The translations under genes and the position numbers were made by a program. The notes under the pieces are model-generated. The model was not told the origin of the DNA, did not search any database, and saw nothing but the letters and a program-made list of their open reading frames with translations. DNA of 64,000 bases from Pyrinomonadaceae bacterium (GTDB taxonomy: Bacteria > Acidobacteriota > Blastocatellia > Pyrinomonadales > Pyrinomonadaceae), in the NCBI GenBank assembly GCA_035283645.1, contig DATETN010000037.1, forward strand, positions 40,085 to 104,084. The letters are read 5' to 3'. Shown one piece after another: positions 28,775 to 37,661 of the stretch; position 1 is the stretch's first letter, and every line of letters begins with the position of its first letter.

Positions 28775-29955
28775 ATGCTAATCCGCCTGCTTCGGCCACA
28801 TCCCGGCCTCGTGGCCCGATTCACCGTCGCCTCGCTGGGACGCGCTGCCATGACCGCTGCCTCAATCTTACTGATTTCGAGAGTTTCTCGCTGGCGTACT
28901 CGGTCAAGGGCGCGGCTTCGGAGTTAGCCTTAGCGCTGAGTCGGCGCTCTGGATAACTGTAGCTCTGCTCTTGCTGGTGAGTTTGAGCGCAGCCGCCTTC
29001 AACTACGATTCCCAGGTAACGCAACAAAAAATCGTCAAGGCAATCGAGCTGGGTACGATGGAACGAATGATTCGCCACCGGCTCGGCTTGTCGGTCGGAT
29101 TTCTCGACCGCAGGACTCACGGAGACTTGTTACAAAGCATCCGTCAGGATGTCACCCAAATGCGGATGGTAGTCTTGTCTACCGCGAGAATTGTGCTTGA
29201 GGTATTTCAAACGGCAGGATTAATCGCCGTCGCAGCCAGTTTCAGTCTATCGCTGTCGCTTTGGGCTTTTTTCCTGGTCCCTCTGGCCGCGTTACCTATG
29301 TACATTTTGGCCCGGCGCACACTCGCACGCTCTTTCGGAGTCAGGGATAAGGGAGTTGCCCTTTTCGACGCGTTGCTCCAACTCCTGCACGGCATTCGCG
29401 TCATCAAGATATACCAGGGCGAGCGAGCAGAGGGTGAGCGAACTGTTGAGCGCGCGCGCGCCTATTTTGACGAACTAATTGAGATGGAACGAGTGCAAGC
29501 GTTCGCGCGGATTGTGCTGGAATCGCTCGCCGCACTCAACGTCGTAGTTGTGATAATAGTAGGCGGTTTGAGCGTCATGTCAGGTCAACTCGGTTGGCCT
29601 GAGCTACTGGCTTTCCTCCTTGCAATGCGCGCCGCCCAGGGGCCGTTGAACAATCTCAACAGCGCCTACCTGGATGTGCAACGCTACGGCGCCAGCGTCT
29701 TCCACATAGAACAACTGCTGCAGGAAAAAGCGGAGATCCAGGATCGAAAGGATGCCCGCTCTCTCAGTAGCTTGCCTTTGTCGATTACCGCAGATCGAGT
29801 CGACTTCACTTTCAATCAAAAACCGGTGCTCCAGAATGTATCTTTCACAGTCCAGGCCGGTGAGACGCTGGGAATTGTTGGTCCGTCCGGGGCAGGAAAA
29901 ACTACATTACTCAGTCTAGTCGCTCGCTTCTACGACCCCACCCTTGGTCGAGTGA
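28775..29955 (+). pseudogene. ABC exporter (fused TMD-NBD), frameshifted near 28875 and truncated just after Walker A
   Basis: MLIRLLRPHPGL..AASILLI continues in another frame as REFLAGVLGQG...; Walker A GPSGAGKTT, then RFYDPTLGRV, then loss of similarity. Confidence 0.8.
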
Positions 29956-30124
29956 TGCTGGCTCCTTTTTCAACGAGACCCCAGATAAAAGACCCCACCT
30001 CCATGAGGCTGTAGTAGTTTCCGCTATCGAGATTGATGATAACGGCCTCGCCATCAATGGTTTCGTGAGTGACCGTAGGAGTGTTAACCCTGAATCGCTG
30101 ATTACTCATAAACTTACAGCTCAC
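29930..30124 (-). pseudogene. PqqD-family (RiPP recognition element) protein, C-terminally truncated
   Basis: THETIDGEAVIINLDSGNYYSLMEVGSFIWGLVEKGAS, then unrelated residues; overlaps the ABC remnant tail-to-tail. Confidence 0.6.
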
Positions 30125-30660
30125 TACCTTAAGAGGGGTTAAAGGTGTAATGCGCAGGCTAGTTCAGCAGTCAAACTTCGTAGCTGTTAGAAATTCTACA
30201 AGATCCGATCCGGGGTGGCAAAAACTTTGCGGTATGATTGGGCCTAAAGACTGAAACATTTTGGTGAAAGGCCGCTCAATCACTTGAAGCCCGCGTCGTA
30301 CAAGCGCTTGCAGCCACTCGCCGGCAAGCGCAATTCCGATCAGATTTGAAAATAATCTCTGACGTCTGACTTGATCTCCGACCTCTGACTTGTCATCAGG
30401 TAGTCATCCAGACTTGTATTCTCACTCAAAACACGTCTAATCTATTGCACCCAATCGTTTGGTTGCGTCTCCCGAACTGCAAGCCGCTCAATTCTCTCCC
30501 GACAAATTGTTCGTTTCGACTCAGGCGACCAACGTCGTCGTAATTTAATCTCTCCCTTAAGCCGGCCGCTGCTGCGGTTGGTTAAATAAGTAAAAGTGAC
30601 TTCATGCTTCGAGCAACATACAGCCTGAATGGTCATCGTTCTTCGAAGGGAGCAACGAAA

Positions 30661-31785
30661 ATGAGAGTTTTCTGTCGACAGCATAACAAAGGTTTTTTTA
30701 CTCCGCGGCAGAGTCCAATCCGGTGTGAGAGCCGCGGTCACATACTAGGCGAATTGGACTTCCAGGGCAGGGCCGACACGCCGGTTGAGATCCAATGGCA
30801 ATACTGCTGCAATTGCGAACACTTCTGCCCAATAAATTTTGGCCGGGATGGGCTAGAAAGATGTCCGGTTTGCACTCGGCGAACCTCCACCCTCTATTTG
30901 TGTGACCGATGCTACACCGTTAGCTTCGAGTCTGACACTCCACTTCAAAGAAAGAATTTCACGCTTACTTCTGAAGGCGCGCCGCAACCATATTGTCCTG
31001 GATGTCTACAGGAAGCGTCAGCCGATTTACGCGAACACGTTTGCGTTGAACTGCAGACGTGCTTCATAACCGGTCTAACCTCTTGTCCTATTTGCCTCGA
31101 GCGCCTGGATGTTGGCCCTGTGTTCCCATCTTCCGTGGCTGACTACCTGAGAAGGACCAAAAAGAGGAACAAGCTCAATGTAACATTCGATTATGATACT
31201 GAACGGTTTGTAGCGATCGGCGACGGAGAATTTGTCCTCGTTACCAACACTTCTGAAGAGATGACACCTATCGTAATACCACGAGCAGCGCACTTTGAAT
31301 CAAGAAGAGATTTCTACGAACTGTATCAGGACTTCTACCACTGCCGTAGCATGAACATTGGGGAGGTCCAGGTGATTGAACCTGCCATCGTGAGGCCGGA
31401 CGAGAATGGATGGAAATTCGAATCCACTGGTCTTCTGGAAGTTGCAGCTGAGCAGTCCAGCTCGAAAGTCCATACGAGTGTCACACCGGAAGGCGAGAAA
31501 CCTGTTCGCAGCTCTGAACCGACAATTGAAGAGCGGACTGAAGAAACAACTACGACTCCTTGTCTGCATTGTGGCTCCGAGGTAGAAACGAAATTCGCCT
31601 TTTGTTGGAGGTGCGGGAACTCGATGAGACCGGACGCCAGCGCTGGGCAAAAGCCTTCCGAAAAGGTTACTCCTTTGCGTCGCATTGCTGGGGAAGACGA
31701 TGAGCCCACGGTGGAACACGAGATTGATCATATTCAGCGGTCGATTCTTTCATCGGTTCCGTCGTGGCGCCGCTCCGCCAGATGA
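30661..31785 (+). CDS. Cys-rich multi-zinc-ribbon protein, no recognised family
   Basis: CCNCEHFC..CPVC, CDRC..CPGC, CPIC, and a C-terminal CLHCGSEV..FCWRCGN ribbon; ATG at 30661 preceded by GAAGGGAG. Confidence 0.6.
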   Translation: MRVFCRQHNKGFFTPRQSPIRCESRGHILGELDFQGRADTPVEIQWQYCCNCEHFCPINFGRDGLERCPVCTRRTSTLYLCDRCYTVSFESDTPLQRKNFTLTSEGAPQPYCPGCLQEASADLREHVCVELQTCFITGLTSCPICLERLDVGPVFPSSVADYLRRTKKRNKLNVTFDYDTERFVAIGDGEFVLVTNTSEEMTPIVIPRAAHFESRRDFYELYQDFYHCRSMNIGEVQVIEPAIVRPDENGWKFESTGLLEVAAEQSSSKVHTSVTPEGEKPVRSSEPTIEERTEETTTTPCLHCGSEVETKFAFCWRCGNSMRPDASAGQKPSEKVTPLRRIAGEDDEPTVEHEIDHIQRSILSSVPSWRRSAR

Positions 31786-31810
31786 GGACGATGCTGCGAA
31801 AGAAAAAGCA

Positions 31811-31899
31811 GATCCACGAAATCACACTAAACGGCACGAAAGGAAGAAATCTGCAGCCAATTTCTTCCTTTCGTGCCGTTTAGTGTGATTTCGTGGATC
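31811..31899. repeat. perfect 40-bp inverted repeat (9-nt loop) made of the main repeat module
   Basis: GATCCACGAAATCACACTAAACGGCACGAAAGGAAGAAAT (31811-31850) and its exact reverse complement at 31860-31899. Confidence 0.9.
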
Positions 31900-32111
31900 G
31901 CCGTTCCACGGTTCTCTTTTTCACATCCTTTTCATCCGCGTTCATCTGCGGCCAATCTTTCGGTGAATCTGCGGACAATTCTCTTCCTTTCGTGCCATTT
32001 AGTGTGATTTCGTGGATCTGCTTTTTCTGCCTGTCCTTGACTATTCTCGCCGAGTGTCATAAAAGCCTCTTCCATTCCAATAAAAGCTGACCCAAGAAAG
32101 GAGACGTTACG

Positions 32112-32543
32112 ATGTCTGAAGACAACGTCCGCATCGTGAAGGACACATACGAGGCATTCAAAAGAGGTGATATCGAAGCGCTACTAAGCAAGCTCTCGGA
32201 AGATGTCGAATGGATCACGCCTGGTCCGCCTGACGTTATGCCGGCTGCTGGTACCCGCAAGGGCCGCGACGGAGTGAAAGAGTTTTTCTCAACTTTGGCG
32301 GCACAGGAAGATGTTGAACTCTTCGAACCACAAGAGTACATCGCGCAAGGCGACAAGGTAGTTGCAATCTCCAAGTATCGTGGGAGAGTGAAAGCCACCG
32401 GACGCACCGCGGACGCAGAACTGGTTCATGTGTTCGACATCAAGGACGGCAAGGTGACTCGGTTTAAGGAATACTTTGATACCGCATCCGTTCTTCCAGC
32501 ATTTGAAACCAAGACACAGACGGCCACCGGCAAGATGTCGTAG
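32112..32543 (+). CDS. SnoaL-like / NTF2-fold protein
   Basis: NVRIVKDTYEAFKRGDIEALLSKLSEDVEW...VHVFDIKDGKVTRFKEYFD. Confidence 0.85.
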   Translation: MSEDNVRIVKDTYEAFKRGDIEALLSKLSEDVEWITPGPPDVMPAAGTRKGRDGVKEFFSTLAAQEDVELFEPQEYIAQGDKVVAISKYRGRVKATGRTADAELVHVFDIKDGKVTRFKEYFDTASVLPAFETKTQTATGKMS

Positions 32544-32556
32544 GCGGCCGATTAAG

Positions 32557-32637
32557 CGATTGCCGATTGTCGATTGCCAATTGCCAATTTAAGTGCTCGG
32601 TAGCGCTATCGGCAATCGGCAATTGGAAATCGGCAAT
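32557..32637. repeat. GCCGATTGCC-type inverted repeat
   Basis: GCGATTGCCGATTGTCGATTGCCAATTGCCAA ... TCGGCAATCGGCAATTGGAAATCGGCAAT; same module as at 21146. Confidence 0.7.
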
Positions 32638-32653
32638 AACAAGAGGAGATCCC

Positions 32654-32830
32654 ATGTCAAAAGCCATTTACTGCAACAAGGTTAACCCGAGCTCAGAATG
32701 TGACCATGTCATTCGCGGGGATAGTGAAGAAGAGGTGCTACAGAAAGCCGGCGTACACGCCAAAGAGCACGGTCTCGAACCAACTCCAGAGTTGATCGAG
32801 AAGGTGCGCTCAAACATCGTAGACGAATAA
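32654..32830 (+). CDS. DUF1059-like small protein (58 aa)
   Basis: MSKAIYCNKVNPSSECDHVIRGDSEEEVLQKAGVHAKEHGL; AGAGGAG RBS. Confidence 0.7.
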   Translation: MSKAIYCNKVNPSSECDHVIRGDSEEEVLQKAGVHAKEHGLEPTPELIEKVRSNIVDE

Positions 32831-32835
32831 AACGG

Positions 32836-33004
32836 CGCCACAGATTTAACGGATGAGACGGATAGACGAATAGTCGGAACGCGGGCGTCCCCGCCCGCAT
32901 CTTTCGCCACAGATTTAACGGATGAGACGGATAAGAAAACGGGGACAAAGCTTAGAATAACAGTCTTCTTCGTCAGATCTGTTTCATCCGCGTCATCTGT
33001 GGCC
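32836..33004. repeat. repeat cluster: direct CGCCACAGATTTAACGGATGAGACGGATA x2 flanking a GC hairpin, plus an inverted partner
   Basis: Copies at 32836 and 32906; GGAACGCGGGCGTCCCCGCCCGC at 32876-32898; ..CATCTGTGGCC at 33004. Confidence 0.75.
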
Positions 33005-33033
33005 TTTTTCAATCCCCCTGGAGGCTCCCCTGA

Positions 33034-33699
33034 ATGAAAACCCTATCTCGACGTGAAATGCTCGAACTGGCCATCGCTGCCGGTTGTCTTTCTGTCACCC
33101 GCTCCACCTTTGCCCAGGACATGGCACGCCAGCTTACTCCCGAGCAGATCATGGGCCCGTTCTATCCCATCATGCGCCCATTGGACCATGACATGGACCT
33201 GACCGTGGTCAAAGGGAAGCGCGGACAGGCGCAGGGAAAAGTGGTTCATCTGACTGGCAGGGTGCTGAACAATCAGGGAAAGCCGGTGCAGGGAGCCAAA
33301 ATCGAAATCTGGCAGGCCAACACTCATGGCCGATACGATCACCCGCGCGATATCAACCCGGCGCCACTGGATCCAAACTTCCAGGGTTACGGCGTGCAGG
33401 TCACTGACGCTCAGGGCCGCTTCCGCTTCAAGACCATCAAACCAGGTGCGTATCCCATCAACCCGGTGAACCCGACGAACAACCGTCCGCCGCATATCCA
33501 CTTCGACGTCATGGGAAGCCGAGAGAGGCTCGTGACGCAGATGTATTTCCCGGGCGAGCCGCTGAATGAAGGCGACATCATCTTCCGCGAACTGGGTGAG
33601 TTGAAAGAAGCCGCAATTGGCAAGGTTCTACCATTGACCAAAGATCTCGAACCCGCCTCGCTGCTGATCAATTGGGACATTGTGCTGGAGAAGGGATAG
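33034..33699 (+). CDS. intradiol ring-cleavage dioxygenase (protocatechuate 3,4-dioxygenase beta-like) with a Tat-type signal
   Basis: SRREMLELAIAAG signal; WQANTHGRYDHPRD; RPPHIHFDV. Confidence 0.85.
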   Translation: MKTLSRREMLELAIAAGCLSVTRSTFAQDMARQLTPEQIMGPFYPIMRPLDHDMDLTVVKGKRGQAQGKVVHLTGRVLNNQGKPVQGAKIEIWQANTHGRYDHPRDINPAPLDPNFQGYGVQVTDAQGRFRFKTIKPGAYPINPVNPTNNRPPHIHFDVMGSRERLVTQMYFPGEPLNEGDIIFRELGELKEAAIGKVLPLTKDLEPASLLINWDIVLEKG

Positions 33700-33965
33700 G
33701 ACTGAACAGGCCACAAATTACACGGAATGGAACGGATATAAAGATTTTCCATTTGTCATTTATCATTTCCATAAACGAGATGTAACTTTTTGCAGTGCGT
33801 TTTTGGAGTGCGGCGGCAAAGGCGCTTTACGCCGCGCCGCCGCTTTAAATCGCGTCGATCCCGAATCGACCCGACCACCACCATTCAACGAAGGAAAGGC
33901 GGGGCGCCGCAAAGCGCCTTGCCGCGATCGACCCAACTCTTTACCCAGAAAGAGGATCAAAGAAC

Positions 33966-34760
33966 ATGAGATCCACAAAGCTAGGAATGCTTCGAGCATT
34001 CTGCGCGACGCCTGTGTTGCTCCTGGCTGTCCAGTTCGCCCTATCACAAACACCAACGCCCACGCCCGCCGGACCTCCAGGACCCGAATTCCTATCGATC
34101 ACCGTAGTCAGCGTGAAGCCGGAGATGATGGTGCAATTTCAGGACTTCATGAAGACGACGACCAACCCGGCGCTCCAGAAAGGCGGACTCAAATGGCGTG
34201 AGGTCTGGCAGAGCACAAACGCGGCCGGAGACGCTTTTGAGTTTGTTCTTGTAGCACCCGTCGGCAAGTTCGCTGAGTATGACGGGCCTAGCCCCATAGA
34301 AAAGGCCCTCGGCGCTCAGGGTTCCGCAGCATGGATGGCGAAGGCGGGCAGCTTTGTAAATAGTGTGCGGCGCTACATCGTGCGCACGCGACCGGATCTG
34401 AGCAATTACATGATGCGCGAAGGACCACCAAAGCTGGCTGTAATCACCGCTGTGCACGTGGCCCAGAACCGGAACGCCGAGTTCGAAAACTACCTGAAGA
34501 ATGACTTCGTACCGGTGCTGAAGCAGGCCAAGGCGATGTACCTGGTTTCGCAAACCATTTTCGGCGGTAATGCGAACGAGTACATTTCGTTGGTGCTGCG
34601 AGATTCGTTTGCGGAACTCGATAAGGGACCGCCTTTGATGCAGGTGTTAGGAGAGGAGGGAGCAATGAAGTTACTGCAGAAGCTCCCCGCTGGAGTGGTC
34701 ACACATGTTGAGCGCTCCATCACCAGATACGCCGCCGATCTGAGCTTCGGCCATCCGTAA
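33966..34760 (+). CDS. hypothetical secreted protein
   Basis: Signal peptide MRSTKLGMLRAFCATPVLLLAVQFALSQ; coherent 264-aa ORF, no family recognised. Confidence 0.6.
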   Translation: MRSTKLGMLRAFCATPVLLLAVQFALSQTPTPTPAGPPGPEFLSITVVSVKPEMMVQFQDFMKTTTNPALQKGGLKWREVWQSTNAAGDAFEFVLVAPVGKFAEYDGPSPIEKALGAQGSAAWMAKAGSFVNSVRRYIVRTRPDLSNYMMREGPPKLAVITAVHVAQNRNAEFENYLKNDFVPVLKQAKAMYLVSQTIFGGNANEYISLVLRDSFAELDKGPPLMQVLGEEGAMKLLQKLPAGVVTHVERSITRYAADLSFGHP

Positions 34761-34784
34761 TCGCGGATCGTATAAGAAAATTTG

Positions 34785-34984
34785 GGCCGCGGATGAACGC
34801 GGATCGGAAGAAGGAAACGATCCACGAAAAAACACGAAAGAGGGCGACGGACTACGCGGATCTGATAATAGGGGAGAACAGTAGCGGATGCTCGGAGTCC
34901 TCCTTCTCGTTCTTCAGCTCGTTTTCATCTGTGTCAATCCGCGGCCCTTTCTTTTCGTGCCGATTCGTGTGGCTTCGTGGATCG
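34785..34984. repeat. mosaic repeat cluster (inverted arrangement)
   Basis: GGCCGCGGATGAACGCGGAT, CGATCCACGAAAAAACACGAAAG, then TTTTCATCTGTGTCAATCCGCGGCC and TTCGTGCCGATTCGTGTGGCTTCGTGGATCG. Confidence 0.8.
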
Positions 34985-35141
34985 TTCTTCCTTTTCAGTT
35001 TCGAGTAGTCCGACGATCACCAGATACGTCGCGGACCTCGGCCCATTTCCCGTCCTCTGTGGCTCCTCCCAGCTGTGGCTCTTTCGCTTCGCCTGTCCTA
35101 TAATGCGCCCAAATTTCAGCGCGAAACGAGGACAGCAGACT

Positions 35142-36701
35142 ATGAAAAAGTCGATCACCTCCCTCTGTCTCTGCATCTCCCTCAGTTTGCTTCCAATTGT
35201 CGCAGTAGGCCAATCCACGAAAAAGAGGTCTAGCAGACAGCCAGCTCGCGCCCCTGTCAGGGCTTCAACTCTCAAAATTTGCCAGGGCGTCCCCGTCCCG
35301 GCCGGCTACACCATCGTGGGGTACGTAACTTCGTCCGCGTGTCGCCATGGCGCCTACGTGATCAAGAAATCAGAGGACATGTCCTTAGGAGTCACAAGCC
35401 CAAAGAACACGGCTGCACCGAACAGCACCGCTGCCCCGAAGAACACCGCAGCCCCCTCAACCGCAACGGCATCGCGTCCCCGCCGCGTTCGGAACGCGGG
35501 CGTCCCCGCCCGCAACGCCGGCAACGCCGACGATGATGGGAACGCGGGCGTCCCCGCCCGCAACACTGACCCAGATTCGCCAACCGAAGAACCCATCCCA
35601 CCCGTTCTGCTCGGTGTCAATGCTCCCGCCCGCCGTCAACCGACACTCATTGGAAAGGGATCCACTAGTGCGCCAACCAACGCGGACACGACACCCATTT
35701 CAGGGCCAGAGACCGGCCCAGAGGAAGTCGGTGAGGGTGATGTCCTGCGCGTCGACACTAATTTCGTCACCGTGCCTGTGAGTGTGATGGACCGCGACGG
35801 CCGTTTCGTTCCGAATCTTCGTCGCGAGGACTTTGTCGTGTTTGAAAATGGAGTCGAGCAGCGCATCGCGCATTTCGAGCCTACCGAAAAGCCGTTCACT
35901 GTGGCACTGCTTCTGGACACCTCCGGCTCGACACAATTTCATTTGTGGGAAATCAAAGAGGCCGCGATCGCCTTTACAAAACAGCTGCGCCCACAAGACC
36001 GCGTTCTTGTCGTCACCTTCAATCACGAAGTGCTATTACTGACGGAAGTAACAAATGACCTGAATGTAATCAGTTCGGTGATCATAGAAAATGCCAACGT
36101 GGGTGATTCCACTCGGCTGTACGATGCCGTTGATCTCGTGGTGAAGGAGCGGCTGAGTAAGATAAAGGGACGAAAGGCAATAGTGCTTTTCACGGATGGT
36201 GTTGACACCGGCAGTTATCTCGCCACGTATCAGACCACGATCCGCCAGGCAGAGGAGCTGGACGCTTTGATCTATCCGATCAAGTACGACACCACTGACT
36301 ACGCGCGTGCCATGCAAGGGGCGGGAACAGTCACGGTGACGACGACCACGAGCAACTGGCCTTTGGGTCGCCGCACTTCGACAGTGACTTATGGAGTTCC
36401 TTCGAACGCCAGTCCGCCGCCTGGAACGACGGAGGCCGATTATGAGCTTGCTGATCGGTATTTACGTGAGTTATCGGAGAAGACCGGAGCACGTCTTTAT
36501 CAGGCGAACGATCGGACCCAGTTGGCTGAAGCGTTCTCAAAGATTGCTGAGGAGCTACGCCGGCAATACAGCCTTGGCTATTATCCGCAGGAAGCAGCTC
36601 AGGGTGGCGATCCCCAAGGCAATGAGCGTCGCCTAATTAGGGTAAAGGTGCGCCAACCCAATCTCGCCGTGCGCGCGCGCGACAGTTACATCCGCCAGTA
36701 G
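35142..36701 (+). CDS. VWA-domain protein (second TIGR03436-like paralog) with a low-complexity linker
   Basis: Signal peptide from the ATG at 35142; MIDAS VALLLDTSGST; C-terminal LRRQYSLGYYP...RVKV..R.SY. Confidence 0.85.
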   Translation: MKKSITSLCLCISLSLLPIVAVGQSTKKRSSRQPARAPVRASTLKICQGVPVPAGYTIVGYVTSSACRHGAYVIKKSEDMSLGVTSPKNTAAPNSTAAPKNTAAPSTATASRPRRVRNAGVPARNAGNADDDGNAGVPARNTDPDSPTEEPIPPVLLGVNAPARRQPTLIGKGSTSAPTNADTTPISGPETGPEEVGEGDVLRVDTNFVTVPVSVMDRDGRFVPNLRREDFVVFENGVEQRIAHFEPTEKPFTVALLLDTSGSTQFHLWEIKEAAIAFTKQLRPQDRVLVVTFNHEVLLLTEVTNDLNVISSVIIENANVGDSTRLYDAVDLVVKERLSKIKGRKAIVLFTDGVDTGSYLATYQTTIRQAEELDALIYPIKYDTTDYARAMQGAGTVTVTTTTSNWPLGRRTSTVTYGVPSNASPPPGTTEADYELADRYLRELSEKTGARLYQANDRTQLAEAFSKIAEELRRQYSLGYYPQEAAQGGDPQGNERRLIRVKVRQPNLAVRARDSYIRQ

Positions 36702-36720
36702 CACTGCAAAGACGTGTGGA

Positions 36721-37330
36721 GCCACAGGTGACACGGATGAGAGGGATCTGAGGAAGAAAATTGGCCGCGGATTGACGCGGATGAAAACGATCTGAAAAAG
36801 CGATCCACTAAACAACACGAAATGGCACTAAGGGGTTGGTCACAGATCAAGACGGATGGGACGGATCTGAGGAGGAAAATCAGCCGCGGTTGGCGCGATG
36901 AAGAGTATCTAAGAGGTGCGAAACTAACCACCATTTGAGGCTTGAAACGGCCGCTCTTTAGTAAATGCGGGCGCCCGCGCTCCAATTATCAGGCCACGCC
37001 AATCTTCAATCCGTTCGTGCCGTTTCGTGTGGATTCGTGGATCGCTTTTCAGATCCTGTTCATCCGCGTCTATCCGCGGCTGATTTTCTCCCTTTCAGAT
37101 CCGTCCCATCCGTCTGATCTGTGGCCAACCCCTTCGTGCCGTTTCGTGTGGATTCGTGGATCGCTTTTTCAGAGCCTTTTCATCCGCGTCTATCCGCGGC
37201 TGATTTTCTCCCTTTCAGATCCGTCCCATCCGTCTGATCTGTGGCCAACCCCTTCGTGCCATTTCGTGTTGTTTAGTGGATCGCTTTTTCAGATCGTTTT
37301 CATCCGTCTCATCCTTGGCATCTGTGGCCC
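36721..37330. repeat. dense mosaic repeat array: reverse-oriented modules (36721-36905) facing a 2.6-copy tandem array with a 119-120 bp period (37014-37330)
   Basis: Unit = TTCGTGCCGTTTCGTGTGGATTCGTGGATCG + CTTTTTCAGA.CC + TTTTCATCCGCGTCTATCCGCGGC + TGATTTTCTCCCTTTCAGATCCGTCCCATCCGTCTGATCTGTGGCC; unit starts at 37014, 37133 and 37253. Confidence 0.9.
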
Positions 37331-37331
37331 C

Positions 37332-37565
37332 TCAGCCATAGGCCAGCTCATCCATCATCTCGGCAAATCTACTCCAATCAATCCGCTTGCGGAGCCGCCT
37401 GTTCCTGCCATACCAGTAGAGCGAGCCCCTACCAATCACGAGCGTCCCAATCTTCAGTTTCGCCTCAAAGATTTCTAGGTTGAGCGAAGACCCGGCCCGC
37501 GCCAACTCCATTACCTGCAGATAGGCCTTTACCGAATGTCTTTTTCGCGCGCGCTTCCTTGGCAT
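37332..37565 (-). CDS. hypothetical small basic protein (77 aa)
   Basis: MPRKRARKRHSVKAYLQVMELARAGSSLNLEIFEAKLKIGTLVIGRGSLYWYGRNRRLRKRIDWSRFAEMMDELAYG; non-repeat sequence between repeat arrays; upstream part of the track ORF is repeat-derived. Confidence 0.5.
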   Translation of the reverse strand: MPRKRARKRHSVKAYLQVMELARAGSSLNLEIFEAKLKIGTLVIGRGSLYWYGRNRRLRKRIDWSRFAEMMDELAYG

Positions 37566-37661
37566 GATCGCCTCCGCTTGGATGGAAATAATCGAGCTCT
37601 GGCCCAACTGTAGCCCTACTCGGCCTTCAAGCGCGAACCTTGGAGCGCGGCGAAAGAGAAA

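Noticed and set aside
28741-28776. Tandem 18-nt duplication AAACAGCAGTTGTCGAT(T/G) immediately upstream of the ABC pseudogene start, considered as an operator
   Set aside because: It is a real direct repeat, but there are only two copies, they sit next to a dead gene, and no regulator gene is nearby. The evidence is too weak to call a regulatory site.
30442-30741. 99-aa minus-strand ORF overlapping the start of the Cys-rich protein gene
   Set aside because: No family features are present. It overlaps the better-supported plus-strand gene and an AT-rich intergenic stretch.
34977-35141. Upstream extension of the second VWA protein ORF, and likewise 26989-27075 for the hydrolase and 47569-47598 for the glycine-zipper protein
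   Set aside because: The extensions read through repeat or hairpin sequence and precede obvious signal peptides that start at internal ATGs.
37014-37330. Tandem arrays (also 46877-47127) as CRISPR arrays
   Set aside because: The period is about 120 bp with no unique spacers, because the whole unit repeats. The modules also occur singly and inverted elsewhere, and no cas genes are present.
36942-37478. 178-aa ORF, and similar track ORFs at 36686..36985, 46928..47365, 46899..47144, 49650..49988, 49836..50081, 56542..56823, 56823..57113, 31893..32090 and 34888..35103
   Set aside because: They are composed almost entirely of the tandem and interspersed repeat modules, with recurring peptides FVPFRV.SWI, FIRVNPRP and DPSHPSDLW in several frames and on both strands. 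There is no RBS and no non-repeat core.
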